Shown here: positions 18,167-27,825 of the stretch, piece by piece
Layout of the letters: the number at the start of each line of letters is the position of its first letter
How positions within the stretch are numbered: position 1 is the first letter of the stretch
NCBI GenBank assembly: GCA_046758505.1
Contig: JBHIAH010000005.1
Span: 6,273-70,272, forward strand
Length of the DNA: 64,000 nucleotides
Origin: Candidatus Methylomirabilales bacterium
GTDB taxonomy: Bacteria; Methylomirabilota; Methylomirabilia; Methylomirabilales; CSP1-5
Direction of reading: 5' to 3'
Position numbers and translations under genes: made by a program
Notes under the pieces: model-generated
Told to the model about the DNA's origin: nothing
What the model saw: the letters and a program-made list of their open reading frames with translations, nothing else
The model's database searches: none

Positions 18167-18832
18167 ATGGACCCCGGAACGAACATCGGGTTTTGGGAGC
18201 TGACGGTGGTCATGGTGGTGATCGCCTCGTGGCTCCTCTATCGATACGTGGCGCCCACGGGGTGGCGGGAATGGAGTCGCGCGGGGCTCGTCCAGGCCTT
18301 CATCATCGCGCTGTACGCCGAAATGTATGGCTTCCCCCTCACCATCTATATTTTGAGCGGATTCATGGGCTTCGACATCCCCTGGCTCCACCAGAGCGGC
18401 CATCTGTGGGCGGCGCTATTCGGATGGGGTGATCTCGGTGCAATGGTCGAAATGCTGCTCGGGTACACCCTCGTCTTCTTCGGCATCTCGGTGCTAATCG
18501 AGGGATGGCGCGAGGTGTACCATGCGAGCCGCAAGGGGCATCTGGCCACAGACCGCCTGTACGGCGTCGTCCGGCATCCCCAATACACAGGGATTTTCCT
18601 GGCCGTCTTCGGCCAACTCATCCACTGGCCGACCATCCCCACCGTGGTCTTGTTTCCGGCGATCGTCTGGGCGTATTATCGCTTGGCGAAGCGCGAAGAA
18701 GGCCAGATGATCGAACGGTTCGGCGACGCATACCTCACCTACCGTCGTCGTGTCCCCATGTTTTTCCCCCGCGGTGGAGAGTGGCAGCGGCTGTTCGATG
18801 AGACACGTTCGTCCGCCGACGAGGGTGCCTGA
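18167..18832 (+). CDS. Isoprenylcysteine carboxyl methyltransferase/PEMT-family membrane protein
   Basis: ALYAEMYGFPLTIY, VRHPQYTG, REE..M..RFG..Y..Y. Confidence 0.85.
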   Translation: MDPGTNIGFWELTVVMVVIASWLLYRYVAPTGWREWSRAGLVQAFIIALYAEMYGFPLTIYILSGFMGFDIPWLHQSGHLWAALFGWGDLGAMVEMLLGYTLVFFGISVLIEGWREVYHASRKGHLATDRLYGVVRHPQYTGIFLAVFGQLIHWPTIPTVVLFPAIVWAYYRLAKREEGQMIERFGDAYLTYRRRVPMFFPRGGEWQRLFDETRSSADEGA

Positions 18833-18932
18833 CAATAAGGCTTCCGGGAGCGCCGTCGCAATGGAGCTGCCTTTCGAATTGGAGGGCTCAAGGCCTCGCT
18901 CCACAGTTTGCCGCAGGTGGAAGAGAGGGATC

Positions 18933-19958
18933 ATGAACGCGCGCGTGTTCCTTTGCCTGTTATCCATGGTCTTTTCTCTTGGACTCTGGAGCGCACCCGT
19001 ATCGGCCCAAGAATTTCAGTTCCCCCGAGACGAAGGGAGGCACGAGGGGGTCCGATTCGAGACCTGGATGGTCTTTGCCCACCTAAAGGATGAGACGGGA
19101 AAAAGCTATGGCGTGGTCGTCACCTTCTTTGCGGGAAAAGTCCTGGGACTGCCGCTCAAGGGAGTGGTGCTCGGAATTACAGACAACCAGCGAAAGGAGG
19201 TCAAGCGGTACTCCGACGTGTTAGTGCCGATCTTCGAGCGGGCCCGTCATACCGTGGGTTGGCTTGATGAACGCTACGGAAGGAACAGCTTAAAACGGGA
19301 GCAGAACGGAGGCGTGTACACCCTCTCTGTCCAGATCGATGACGCCCAGGTCGAACTTCAGATGACTGCCCAGAAAGCGCCCCTGGTCCTCGGAAAGATC
19401 CCGGTCGGCGAGGAGCGGTGGGTGGAAGCCAATTCCCTGCCGCGAAACCAGGTTCGGGGGACGATGGTGCGGAATGGCCGGGAGATGGCGGTCAAGGGAA
19501 AGGGCTCGTTAGAACACATGTGGGGTGACGCCCCGGAGCAGGGGGCCTTGCGGGAATGGTTCGGCATTCAGCTTGACGACGGGACGGACCTGGTGGCCTA
19601 TCGGACGAAGGCCGCTTCGACGATCCAGGTTCTCGGCCTTTCAACCCCCGAGGGCCGATCGGAGACTCTCAGGGCGTTTGACCTCCAATCGGAAACCACG
19701 TGGAGAAGCCCGACAACGGGAATCGTCTTCCCAATGAACTGGATCTTGAACATCCCAGACCCAGAGGCCGTGATCGAGGTCTTGCCAACCTTCGCAGGAC
19801 AGGAGGTCTCGGTCCTCAACGAGAAATACTGGGAAGGGCAATGCACAGTGCGAGGGACCATCGCAGGTCGGCCCGTCATCGGGAAGGCCTTCGTATACCT
19901 AAAGGGATATGGACAGCAACGAACCGTTGACAATGATTCTCTAGCCTTGGACGAGTAG
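18933..19958 (+). CDS. Exported AttH/CrtC-like (lipocalin-like hydratase) protein
   Basis: Signal peptide; FPRDEG.H..ETW, EHMWG, WF.IQLDDG, WRSPTTG..FP..W, YWEG. Confidence 0.75.
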   Translation: MNARVFLCLLSMVFSLGLWSAPVSAQEFQFPRDEGRHEGVRFETWMVFAHLKDETGKSYGVVVTFFAGKVLGLPLKGVVLGITDNQRKEVKRYSDVLVPIFERARHTVGWLDERYGRNSLKREQNGGVYTLSVQIDDAQVELQMTAQKAPLVLGKIPVGEERWVEANSLPRNQVRGTMVRNGREMAVKGKGSLEHMWGDAPEQGALREWFGIQLDDGTDLVAYRTKAASTIQVLGLSTPEGRSETLRAFDLQSETTWRSPTTGIVFPMNWILNIPDPEAVIEVLPTFAGQEVSVLNEKYWEGQCTVRGTIAGRPVIGKAFVYLKGYGQQRTVDNDSLALDE

Positions 19959-20129
19959 GCGAAGACCTTGTGTGGAAAGACCGAATAGGGCAGACTGCGG
20001 ACAGGAGAGCTTTAGCGAGAACCCTTCGTACGCTCGGCACAATCGAGATTCCGAGATGCGAGAAGTGAAGAAAGGGTGGATAGAGGGGCTGTGATAGCGA
20101 GGCAGGCACCGGCTGACGCTCAGGCCAGT

Positions 20130-20624
20130 ATGACAGGAGGGACTCGGCCCAAAAGGGTGCGCGCCTGGTACGGCCTACCCGGCGAGATCGTTATCGAGGG
20201 CGACGACTGGCACCTGGTCAAGGTGGGCCCGTTCCCACTCCCCCACCCGCCATTCATCAACCGGTTCATTCGGTGGGGACTCCCCCAACAGGACCGGTTG
20301 CAGCTCAGCTACTGGCACGAGCTGGGGCATCTTCAGACGCTGCCGGTCGCCCTGGCGCACGCTGTCTGGTTGTGGCGATGCCGCGACCAACGGCCAAGGA
20401 GCCGGGCTACACGGCTGCTGCGTGTCGCGACTGCCCTGATCGCCCATGAGGCGGTCTGGGAACTGGCCGCCGAAAGCTATGTAGCAGCCAGAAGTGGTCG
20501 AGAGTACCGGCGTCTGTACCGGAAGCATCCCAACCCGCTGCTTGCCACCTTCTGGCCCGGTATGGCTGGGCTTGCCGTACTCGGAACAATCTTCTCAACC
20601 TGGAGGAGGCGGGGGCGAAGATGA
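20130..20624 (+). CDS. Hypothetical membrane protein with an HExxH motif
   Basis: YWHELGHLQ and a downstream WELAAE; hydrophobic segments; start uncertain. Confidence 0.6.
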   Translation: MTGGTRPKRVRAWYGLPGEIVIEGDDWHLVKVGPFPLPHPPFINRFIRWGLPQQDRLQLSYWHELGHLQTLPVALAHAVWLWRCRDQRPRSRATRLLRVATALIAHEAVWELAAESYVAARSGREYRRLYRKHPNPLLATFWPGMAGLAVLGTIFSTWRRRGRR

Positions 20625-20738
20625 AGCCACCCCAGAAGCTTCACCTCATTCCATTACTTCGAACTCTGCCAGAGTGTTTGCGGGACTGGCCCACAACATG
20701 CGCTGGGCCTGAAACCGACGCTCCATAAGGAGGTCAGC

Positions 20739-23624
20739 ATGGTCAAGGATCCAGTGTGCGGGATGGAGATCGAGGAGAAAGACGCGGCAGCCACTCGGAA
20801 CGTAGGCGGGACGACGTACCACTTCTGCTCTGACCGCTGTGCCGAGCAGTTTGATGCGACCCCGGCCGAGTTCCTCGTGAAGACGCCCCCAGCCACGGTG
20901 CGCGACCCGGTGTGTGGCATGGCGGTTGATCCTGCCAGTGCAGCGGCCACGCGTACAATCGGCGGGGAGGCCTACTACTTTTGTTCCGAGGGTTGCGCCA
21001 GGCAGTTTGACGCTGACCCGGCGGCCTACGGACCCAAGGGACTCGAACGCAGGACGTCGAGGCCAGTCATCGGGTCAGCGACGACCGGGGTCAATCCGAA
21101 GCTGACTGGCCCGATGAGGGTCGAATTGCCCATCCTCAACCTGGACTGCGCTACCTGCGTGCAGACGATCGAGCGGGCGCTGAACGGGCTGGAGGGCGTG
21201 CACAAGGCGAGCGTGAACTTTGCGACCGCCAAGGCCCACCTCACGTACGATCCTGCCCAGGTCTCTCTACCCGACATGGATCGAGCCATCAGGAAAGCCG
21301 GCTACACTGTGGGCGGTGCGAGAGCCCAGCTCGGCATCAAAGGCCTGCACTGTGCCTCGTGTGTGACCTTCATCGAGGATACTTTGAAGGCCACGCCCGG
21401 TGTACTCAAGGCGTCGGTCAATGTGGCGACCCAGCACGCCGACGTGGAATACGTGCCGGGCACGGCCACGCTGCCGGCCCTACACCGTGCCATCGAGTCC
21501 ACGGGCTACACGCCAGTGGAGCCGCCTACCGGTGCGCCCCCCGAGGATGCCGAACGGGCCAGTCGCCTCGCCGAGTACCGCAACCTGCGCAAACGCTTTG
21601 TCGTCGCCGGGGCCTTGGCGGCCGCCGTGCTGGTGCTGACCTTTGGCGAGTTCATTCCCGGTTTGCGCACGATCCCGCCCCAACTCAACTGGATCATCCT
21701 GTTCGTGCTGACCACCCCGGTGCTCTTCTGGTCGGGCAGCCGCTTCTTCACGGGCGCATGGAGCGCCTTCCGTCACCGCACGGCCGACATGAATACCCTG
21801 ATCGCGCTGGGGACCGGCGCGGCATACATCTACTCAACAGTGGCGACGTTTCTGCCCGGACTGTTGCCGGAAGGACTGCGTGCCGTCTACTTCGACACCA
21901 CAGCCATCATCGTTGCATTGATCCTGATGGGCCAGGTGTTGGAAGCGCGAGCCAAGGGACAGACCAACGAAGCCATCCGCAAGCTGATGGGCCTCCAGGC
22001 CAAGACAGCCCGGGTGGTGCGCGACGGCCAGGAGGTAGACATTCCCATCGAGGAAGCGCTGGTCGCGGACGTCGTCATCGTGCGACCGGGAGAGAAAGTG
22101 CCGGTCGACGGTGTCGTGATCGAGGGGACCTCCACCGTGGACGAAAGCATGATTACCGGCGAATCGATCCCGGTGACCAAGAGACCGGATGACGAGGTGA
22201 TCGGTGCCACGCTCAATAAGACGGGTTCATTCCGCTTCCGGGCGACGAAAGTGGGTAAGGACACCGCCCTAAGCCAGATCATTCAGTTGGTGCAGCAAGC
22301 CCAGGGTACCAAGGCGCCGATTCAGCGCCTGGCCGACGTTATTTCCAGCTACTTTGTGCCGGCCGTGATCCTGGTGGCCATCTGGAGCTTTGCCATCTGG
22401 TTCGTCTTTGGACCGGAGCCCCCGCTGCTACACGCCCTAGTGACCGCCGTCACCGTACTGATCATTGCCTGCCCCTGCGCGCTGGGCCTGGCCACGCCGA
22501 CCTCCATCATGGTGGGCACCGGTAAAGGTGCAGAGAATGGCATCCTGATCCGCTCGGCCGAGGCGCTTGAGACGGCCCATAAATTGGACGCCATCGTGTT
22601 GGACAAGACGGGCACCATCACCAAAGGCAAACCCGAGCTGACCGACGTGATCGTTCTGGCTTCACAGTTCGCAGGTCACAGTTCACCCATCAATCCCACC
22701 CCTGCCGTGAACCGTGAACCGTCAACCCTGAACCAACCTGAGAGGGAGTTGTTGCGGCTGGCAGCCAGCGTGGAAAAGTCGTCAGAACATCCGCTGGCGC
22801 AGGCGATCGTGGATGGCGCCAAGGCGCGCCAAATCCCATTGGTTGATGCAACTGACTTCGAGGCGGTACCCGGCCACGGGGTCAAGGCGGTCGTCGAGGG
22901 ACGTCAGTTGATCTTGGGCAATCTGAAGATGATGCAGCAGGTCGGCACCAGTTTGGAGAGGATGGAGGCTCAAGCCCAGGCACTGGCAAATGACGGGAAG
23001 ACGCCAATGTACGTGGCGGTTGACGGCCAGGCGGCAGGCATCATAGCCGTGGCCGACACGGTCAAAGAAGACAGCCGGGAGGCCATCGCCCGCCTCAAGC
23101 GATTAGGATTGGAAGTGGTGATGCTCACCGGCGATAACCGGCGCACCGCAGACGCCATCGCTCGCCAGGTAGGCGTCGATCGCGTTCTGGCTGAGGTTCT
23201 GCCGGAAGATAAAGCTCGCAACGTGCAGAAACTTCAGCAGGAGGGCAAGACAGTCGCGATGGTGGGGGACGGCATCAATGATGCCCCGGCGCTGGCCCAG
23301 GCCGACGTGGGACTGGCCATCGGCACCGGCACGGACGTGGCCATCGAGGCATCAGACATCACGCTGATCAAGGGGAGCCTTTCGGGCGTGGCGGTTGCCA
23401 TCGAGTTGAGCAAGGCGACGATGCGCAACATCAAGCAGAACTTGGTCGGCAGTTTCATTTACAACACGCTGGGTGTCCCCGTTGCCGCAGGCGTCCTGTA
23501 CCCCTTCTTTGGCATCCTGCTCAGCCCGATCATTGCCAGCGCGGCCATGGCGCTCAGCAGCGTGACGGTAGTGAGCAACGCCCTGCGCCTGCGCGGCTTT
23601 AAGCCATCAACGATCGCACAATAA
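20739..23624 (+). CDS. copA: Copper-translocating P1B-type ATPase with 2 YHS and 2 HMA N-terminal domains
   Basis: DPVCGM x2, [46 protein letters not shown]. Confidence 0.95.
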   Translation: MVKDPVCGMEIEEKDAAATRNVGGTTYHFCSDRCAEQFDATPAEFLVKTPPATVRDPVCGMAVDPASAAATRTIGGEAYYFCSEGCARQFDADPAAYGPKGLERRTSRPVIGSATTGVNPKLTGPMRVELPILNLDCATCVQTIERALNGLEGVHKASVNFATAKAHLTYDPAQVSLPDMDRAIRKAGYTVGGARAQLGIKGLHCASCVTFIEDTLKATPGVLKASVNVATQHADVEYVPGTATLPALHRAIESTGYTPVEPPTGAPPEDAERASRLAEYRNLRKRFVVAGALAAAVLVLTFGEFIPGLRTIPPQLNWIILFVLTTPVLFWSGSRFFTGAWSAFRHRTADMNTLIALGTGAAYIYSTVATFLPGLLPEGLRAVYFDTTAIIVALILMGQVLEARAKGQTNEAIRKLMGLQAKTARVVRDGQEVDIPIEEALVADVVIVRPGEKVPVDGVVIEGTSTVDESMITGESIPVTKRPDDEVIGATLNKTGSFRFRATKVGKDTALSQIIQLVQQAQGTKAPIQRLADVISSYFVPAVILVAIWSFAIWFVFGPEPPLLHALVTAVTVLIIACPCALGLATPTSIMVGTGKGAENGILIRSAEALETAHKLDAIVLDKTGTITKGKPELTDVIVLASQFAGHSSPINPTPAVNREPSTLNQPERELLRLAASVEKSSEHPLAQAIVDGAKARQIPLVDATDFEAVPGHGVKAVVEGRQLILGNLKMMQQVGTSLERMEAQAQALANDGKTPMYVAVDGQAAGIIAVADTVKEDSREAIARLKRLGLEVVMLTGDNRRTADAIARQVGVDRVLAEVLPEDKARNVQKLQQEGKTVAMVGDGINDAPALAQADVGLAIGTGTDVAIEASDITLIKGSLSGVAVAIELSKATMRNIKQNLVGSFIYNTLGVPVAAGVLYPFFGILLSPIIASAAMALSSVTVVSNALRLRGFKPSTIAQ
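22660..22733. repeat. Inverted heptamer-repeat hairpin inserted in-frame in copA
   Basis: CTTCACA GTTCGCA GGTCACA GTTCACC - 18 nt - CGTGAAC CGTGAAC CGTCAAC CCTGAAC. Confidence 0.8.
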
Positions 23625-23642
23625 TGTGGAGGGACAACACTC

Positions 23643-24017
23643 ATGACCATCGCACACATTGGGGTACTGCTAGCCGCCACGGCCCTGTCTATCCTGGTCA
23701 TCTGGTTTTTCTTCTATTCCGAGAAGAAAGGGACCCGGCTGGCAGCGAGCAACGGGGTGCAGGAGGCTGAGATTGTCGTGAAGGGGGGTTACACCCCCGA
23801 CGTGCTCGTCGTGAAAGCGGGGCAGCCGGTGCGCCTGAACTTCAACCGGCAAGAGACGGCCTCGTGCTCGGAGATGGTGCTCTTCCCGGACTTTAACACA
23901 AGCGCCAAGCTGCCTCCTGGTGAAAGGGTGTCGATCGAGCTGACACCGAAGCAGCCCGGCGAGTACGAGTTTCAGTGCCAGATGGGGATGCTCCGGGGCA
24001 AGCTCATCGTCGAGTAA
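23643..24017 (+). CDS. Membrane-anchored cupredoxin-domain protein (CupA-like)
   Basis: N-terminal TM; VKGGYTP, CSEM, FQCQMGMLRG; directly after copA. Confidence 0.85.
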   Translation: MTIAHIGVLLAATALSILVIWFFFYSEKKGTRLAASNGVQEAEIVVKGGYTPDVLVVKAGQPVRLNFNRQETASCSEMVLFPDFNTSAKLPPGERVSIELTPKQPGEYEFQCQMGMLRGKLIVE

Positions 24018-24181
24018 GGTCTCTCCTATCAGGAGCGAGGATTCAGGACGGGGATACCTGGATTCCATAGCTTCCTGCTGATTCCATCGAGCAAGTTCTC
24101 GAGCATGCTGGCAAGCTCGGTGTTCGAAGCCTTTTGGCAGGCGGACGCTAAAGGTGACTGAAACCGGAAGGGAGGAAACCC

Positions 24182-24745
24182 ATGGGGCAATGGGAAGACT
24201 CTGGGTCGTCTGGAGAGAGGACTGATTCTCAGGGCATTACCCCCGGTCGGAGGCGCTTCATCGCCCTCGCGTTCGGCGCGATCACGTCGGCCATCGCCGG
24301 CATCATCGGCGTGCCCCTCGCCAGCTTCTTCGCCCTCCCGGCGTTGAAACGGTCGGAGCGTCGATGGCTGGAGGTGGGACCGGTCTCGGACCTTGTAGAG
24401 GGGCAGATCACAAAGGTGGTCACGAAGCCGTTGGCCTCCCAGGTTTGGCCCCATAACATCCCCTCAGTAGCCATCTACGTCGTGAACCATGGCGGTGGGA
24501 AGTGTACCCTTTACCACATCCACTGCACCCATGTGGGCTGCCCCGTTCGGTGGAACTCCCAGGCAGGGCGCTTTTTTAGCCCCTGCCACGGCGGCGTCTT
24601 CGACCGGGAGGGCCGCGTCCTGGCTGGCCCACCGCCCCGGCCCTTGGACCGCTACGAGCACAAGATCGAGAATGGGATCCTCTATGCAGGGCGGCTATAC
24701 AAGGTGAACGAGAAGCTGGAGTTCGCGGAATGGCATCACGCATGA
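24182..24745 (+). CDS. Rieske iron-sulfur subunit of a Rieske/cytochrome b complex (Tat-anchored)
   Basis: GRRRF Tat motif plus TM; CTHVGC; SPCHGG; GPPPRPL. Confidence 0.88.
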   Translation: MGQWEDSGSSGERTDSQGITPGRRRFIALAFGAITSAIAGIIGVPLASFFALPALKRSERRWLEVGPVSDLVEGQITKVVTKPLASQVWPHNIPSVAIYVVNHGGGKCTLYHIHCTHVGCPVRWNSQAGRFFSPCHGGVFDREGRVLAGPPPRPLDRYEHKIENGILYAGRLYKVNEKLEFAEWHHA

Positions 24746-26124
24746 GACGGCTTTTGGATTGGCTCCAGGAGCGCCTAGGCACCCGAGAACAGGCGACCAA
24801 GTTTCTGTATCGTCGTCTCCCGGTCGGGACGACGTGGTGGCACACGCTGGGGAGCGCAGCCCTCTTTTTGATCTTCCTCCAGACCATCACCGGTTTCTTC
24901 CTGGCGTTCTACTATGTCCCCTCCCCCGAGCACGCGTACGACAGCCTGATCTACATCCAGAACGAAATCCCGTTCGGGGCATTCGTGCGGGGGCTCCACT
25001 ATTGGGGGGCGAGTCTCACCGTAGTGCTTGTCTTCCTGCATCTGCTCCGGGTCTTCTTCATGGGGGCCTACAAGTACCCCAGGGAGCTTTCCTGGGTTGT
25101 CGGGGTCTTCCTGTTCCTGCTCATCATGGGCTTCGGCTTCACCGGCTACCTCTTGCCCTGGGACCAGAAGGCCTACTGGGCGACGGTGGTCGGGACCCAT
25201 ATCGCCGAGACAGCCCCGTTAGTTGGCAAGTACCTCTGGAGGATCCTCCAGGGAGGGGTGGAGGTGGGGGCCAGGACCCTGGGACGCTTCTACGCCGCCC
25301 ACGTCCTGATCCTTCCCGCCCTCCTCTACGCTTTCATCCTGGCCCATATCTCCATGGTGATCTATCAAGGGATCGCCCTGACGCCGAAGGGAGCGCTCAG
25401 CCGCATCAGGAAGGCGGACTATAAGAGGCTCTACGAAGAGTCCAAAGGGAAGGGCAAGACCTTCTTCGAGCATCTGCTCCGTGATGGGGTCATACTTTTT
25501 CTCCTCTTTTTGCTCCTCGTCTGGATGGCCGCCGCCTGGAAGATCCCGATGGAGGAGGTAGCGGACCCCACGAGCACCACGTACGTCCCGCGGCCCGAGT
25601 GGTACTTCTATTTCCTGTTCGAGCTGTTGTGGCTCTTCCCGGGAAAGTGGATCCCAGTCGCGACCTTCTATATCCCCCTTGCGGCGGTCCTCCTCCTCCT
25701 CTTCCTTCCGTTTTACGATCGGACGTCGGGGAGGAGTCCCTTCATGCGACCCGTCGCCTCCGGGATCGCCACGGCGGCCCTCGCGGCCATCGCCCTCTTG
25801 ACATACCAAGGGGCCACGGCCCCCGCTCCACCCAAGGCAGGGGAGGCCATCTCGGCAGAGACGAAGGCCCTGCCGCCCAAGCTCGCGATAGGCAGGAGGG
25901 TCTTCGAGGTCCAGGGGTGCGCAGCCTGCCACGTATTGAAGGGGACCGGGAGCGCGGCCGGGCCTGATCTTACGAGGGTTGGGGCCAGACGGGATGTGAC
26001 ATGGTTGAAACGATTTATCAAGGACCCAGGTGCGGTCAGGCCCGGCTCGGCCATGCCTCCCTATGGCGAGCTTCCCGCAGACGAACTGGACGCCTTGACA
26101 AAGTATCTCGCCTCATTGAAGTAG
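24742..26124 (+). CDS. Cytochrome b fused to a C-terminal monoheme cytochrome c
   Basis: ATGA overlap with the Rieske gene; heme His pairs, GYLLPWDQKAYW, RPEWY, CAACH, SAMP. Confidence 0.92.
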   Translation: MRRLLDWLQERLGTREQATKFLYRRLPVGTTWWHTLGSAALFLIFLQTITGFFLAFYYVPSPEHAYDSLIYIQNEIPFGAFVRGLHYWGASLTVVLVFLHLLRVFFMGAYKYPRELSWVVGVFLFLLIMGFGFTGYLLPWDQKAYWATVVGTHIAETAPLVGKYLWRILQGGVEVGARTLGRFYAAHVLILPALLYAFILAHISMVIYQGIALTPKGALSRIRKADYKRLYEESKGKGKTFFEHLLRDGVILFLLFLLLVWMAAAWKIPMEEVADPTSTTYVPRPEWYFYFLFELLWLFPGKWIPVATFYIPLAAVLLLLFLPFYDRTSGRSPFMRPVASGIATAALAAIALLTYQGATAPAPPKAGEAISAETKALPPKLAIGRRVFEVQGCAACHVLKGTGSAAGPDLTRVGARRDVTWLKRFIKDPGAVRPGSAMPPYGELPADELDALTKYLASLK

Positions 26125-26136
26125 GAGGATCGATAG

Positions 26137-26793
26137 ATGGCAGCGACCAGGTGGGGAACAATAGCGCTGGGGCTTTTCCTGGCTTTCTGGAGTGTATTCG
26201 CTCTCCTCGCGAAGGCATCCGAGAAGCAGTACGCCCTTTGGGGCAATGCCCGGAAGGGCCGCCAGGTCTTCGTGGAGAAGGGTTGCGGGAGTTGCCATGC
26301 AATTCGGGGAGTGGGGCCGAACCTGGGGCCCGACCTGGGGAGAATCTCCGCCAAGCCCCTCACTATGACCCAGATGGCCGGTACCATGTGGAATCACGCC
26401 CCGGTCATGAGGCGATTGGCCGAGGAGAAAGGGATTAGCTGGAAGCCGTTCCGGGGATCGGAGATGCGGGACTTGATTACCTTCCTGTACGCAATTAGGC
26501 TCATGGATGAGCCCGGGGATCCCAGACGAGGGGAGCGGCTCTTCGTCGAGAAGGGGTGTGCCACTTGCCATAGCCTCAAGGGGAAAGGCGGGACGATCGG
26601 GCCGGATCTCAAAAATTGGAACCAGTACGGGTCTCCAATCCTCTGGGCGGAGCTGATGTGGGCCCACGCCATTAAGATGGAGGAGAAAGTGCGGGAATTC
26701 GGTATACGTTGGCCTACCTTTGAACGGAACGAGATGATCGATCTCATCGCTTACATCCGGAAGGAGGTTACCTCCGCCAGTCCCCCGAAGTGA
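26137..26793 (+). CDS. Diheme cytochrome c
   Basis: Signal/TM; CGSCH and CATCH; MWNHAP/MWAHA repeats. Confidence 0.88.
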   Translation: MAATRWGTIALGLFLAFWSVFALLAKASEKQYALWGNARKGRQVFVEKGCGSCHAIRGVGPNLGPDLGRISAKPLTMTQMAGTMWNHAPVMRRLAEEKGISWKPFRGSEMRDLITFLYAIRLMDEPGDPRRGERLFVEKGCATCHSLKGKGGTIGPDLKNWNQYGSPILWAELMWAHAIKMEEKVREFGIRWPTFERNEMIDLIAYIRKEVTSASPPK

Positions 26794-26823
26794 CAACATC
26801 CATGGCCCTCATGGCTAGATTCG

Positions 26824-27819
26824 GTGGAGGGTAAAATTGAAGAAGAGGATTCCTTGACGGGAGCCTGGCCCATAAAAGGACGACTCGTTATTGGCATCTT
26901 TGGCCTGCTGATCCTCGGCGCCTTCGGCGTATGGATCTCCCTCAACTCGTCCAGCGACCCCGGCCCAGGCATCCTCGAGGCGAGCGGCCGGATCGAGGGG
27001 GATCAAGCCGCAGTGGGGGCGAAGATCGGCGGGCGAATCGTCCATTTGCCTATTCACGAGGGACAGGCCCTCGCAGCCGGCCAGCTCATCGCTGAGCTTT
27101 CTTCCGAGCAAGCAAGGGCGCAGCTTGAGAGGGCAGAGCATGACCTCCACATGGCCCGAGAGCAGCTCGAAACTGCTCGAGCCCGCCTGCTCCAGGCAGA
27201 GGCGGACCGGGAGCGGGCCGAGCAGGACTATCTCCGCTACCAGGAACTCCTCGCCGACGGAGCGATCGCTGCCCAGGTAGTAGATCAAGCCAAGGCGGCA
27301 TTCCGGGCGGCCAGGGCGGCCCAGGAGGCAGCCAGAAGACACATCGAAGCGGCGAAAGCTCGGATCCAATCAGCCGAGGCAGGCCAGGCCCTTGCCCAAG
27401 CCAACGTGAAGGACACTCGGGTCATGGCCCCCTTCTCCGGGACGGTCCTCCGGAAGCTCGTTGAGGGGGGTGAGGTAGTGGCCGCCGGCACCCCCCTCGT
27501 CACCTTTGTGGACCTGTCGAAGCTCCACGTGAAGGTGTACCTTCCCGAGCGAGACATCGGCAAGGTGAAGCTCGGAAGCCCCGCTCAGGTCTATGTGGAC
27601 GCCTTTCCAAAGCGGTTCTTCGATGCCACGGTCTCCGAGGTCTCACAGCAGGCCGAGTTTACCCCGCGGGACATTCACATGAAGGATGAGCGGGTAAAGC
27701 TGGTCTTCGCCGTGAAATTGGCCCTGAAGAATCCCGAGGGCTTCCTCAAGCCCGGGATGCCGGCGGACGCCCGGATCCGATGGAAGGCCGAGGCCTCTCG
27801 GGGAGACGACCTGGAGTAG
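26824..27819 (+). CDS. HlyD-family periplasmic adaptor (YbhG-like)
   Basis: ASGRIEG, coiled coil, AEFTPR, LKPGMPAD. Confidence 0.88.
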   Translation: MEGKIEEEDSLTGAWPIKGRLVIGIFGLLILGAFGVWISLNSSSDPGPGILEASGRIEGDQAAVGAKIGGRIVHLPIHEGQALAAGQLIAELSSEQARAQLERAEHDLHMAREQLETARARLLQAEADRERAEQDYLRYQELLADGAIAAQVVDQAKAAFRAARAAQEAARRHIEAAKARIQSAEAGQALAQANVKDTRVMAPFSGTVLRKLVEGGEVVAAGTPLVTFVDLSKLHVKVYLPERDIGKVKLGSPAQVYVDAFPKRFFDATVSEVSQQAEFTPRDIHMKDERVKLVFAVKLALKNPEGFLKPGMPADARIRWKAEASRGDDLE

Positions 27820-27825
27820 GGGGCG

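Noticed and set aside
11649..19958. Carotenoid biosynthesis cluster
   Set aside because: Only cyclase-like and hydratase-like domains; no crtE/crtB/crtI in the window, so a carotenoid product cannot be claimed
24031..24066. Weak AGGA-led 7-nt periodicity upstream of the Rieske gene
   Set aside because: Only three loose units and a different consensus from the main arrays
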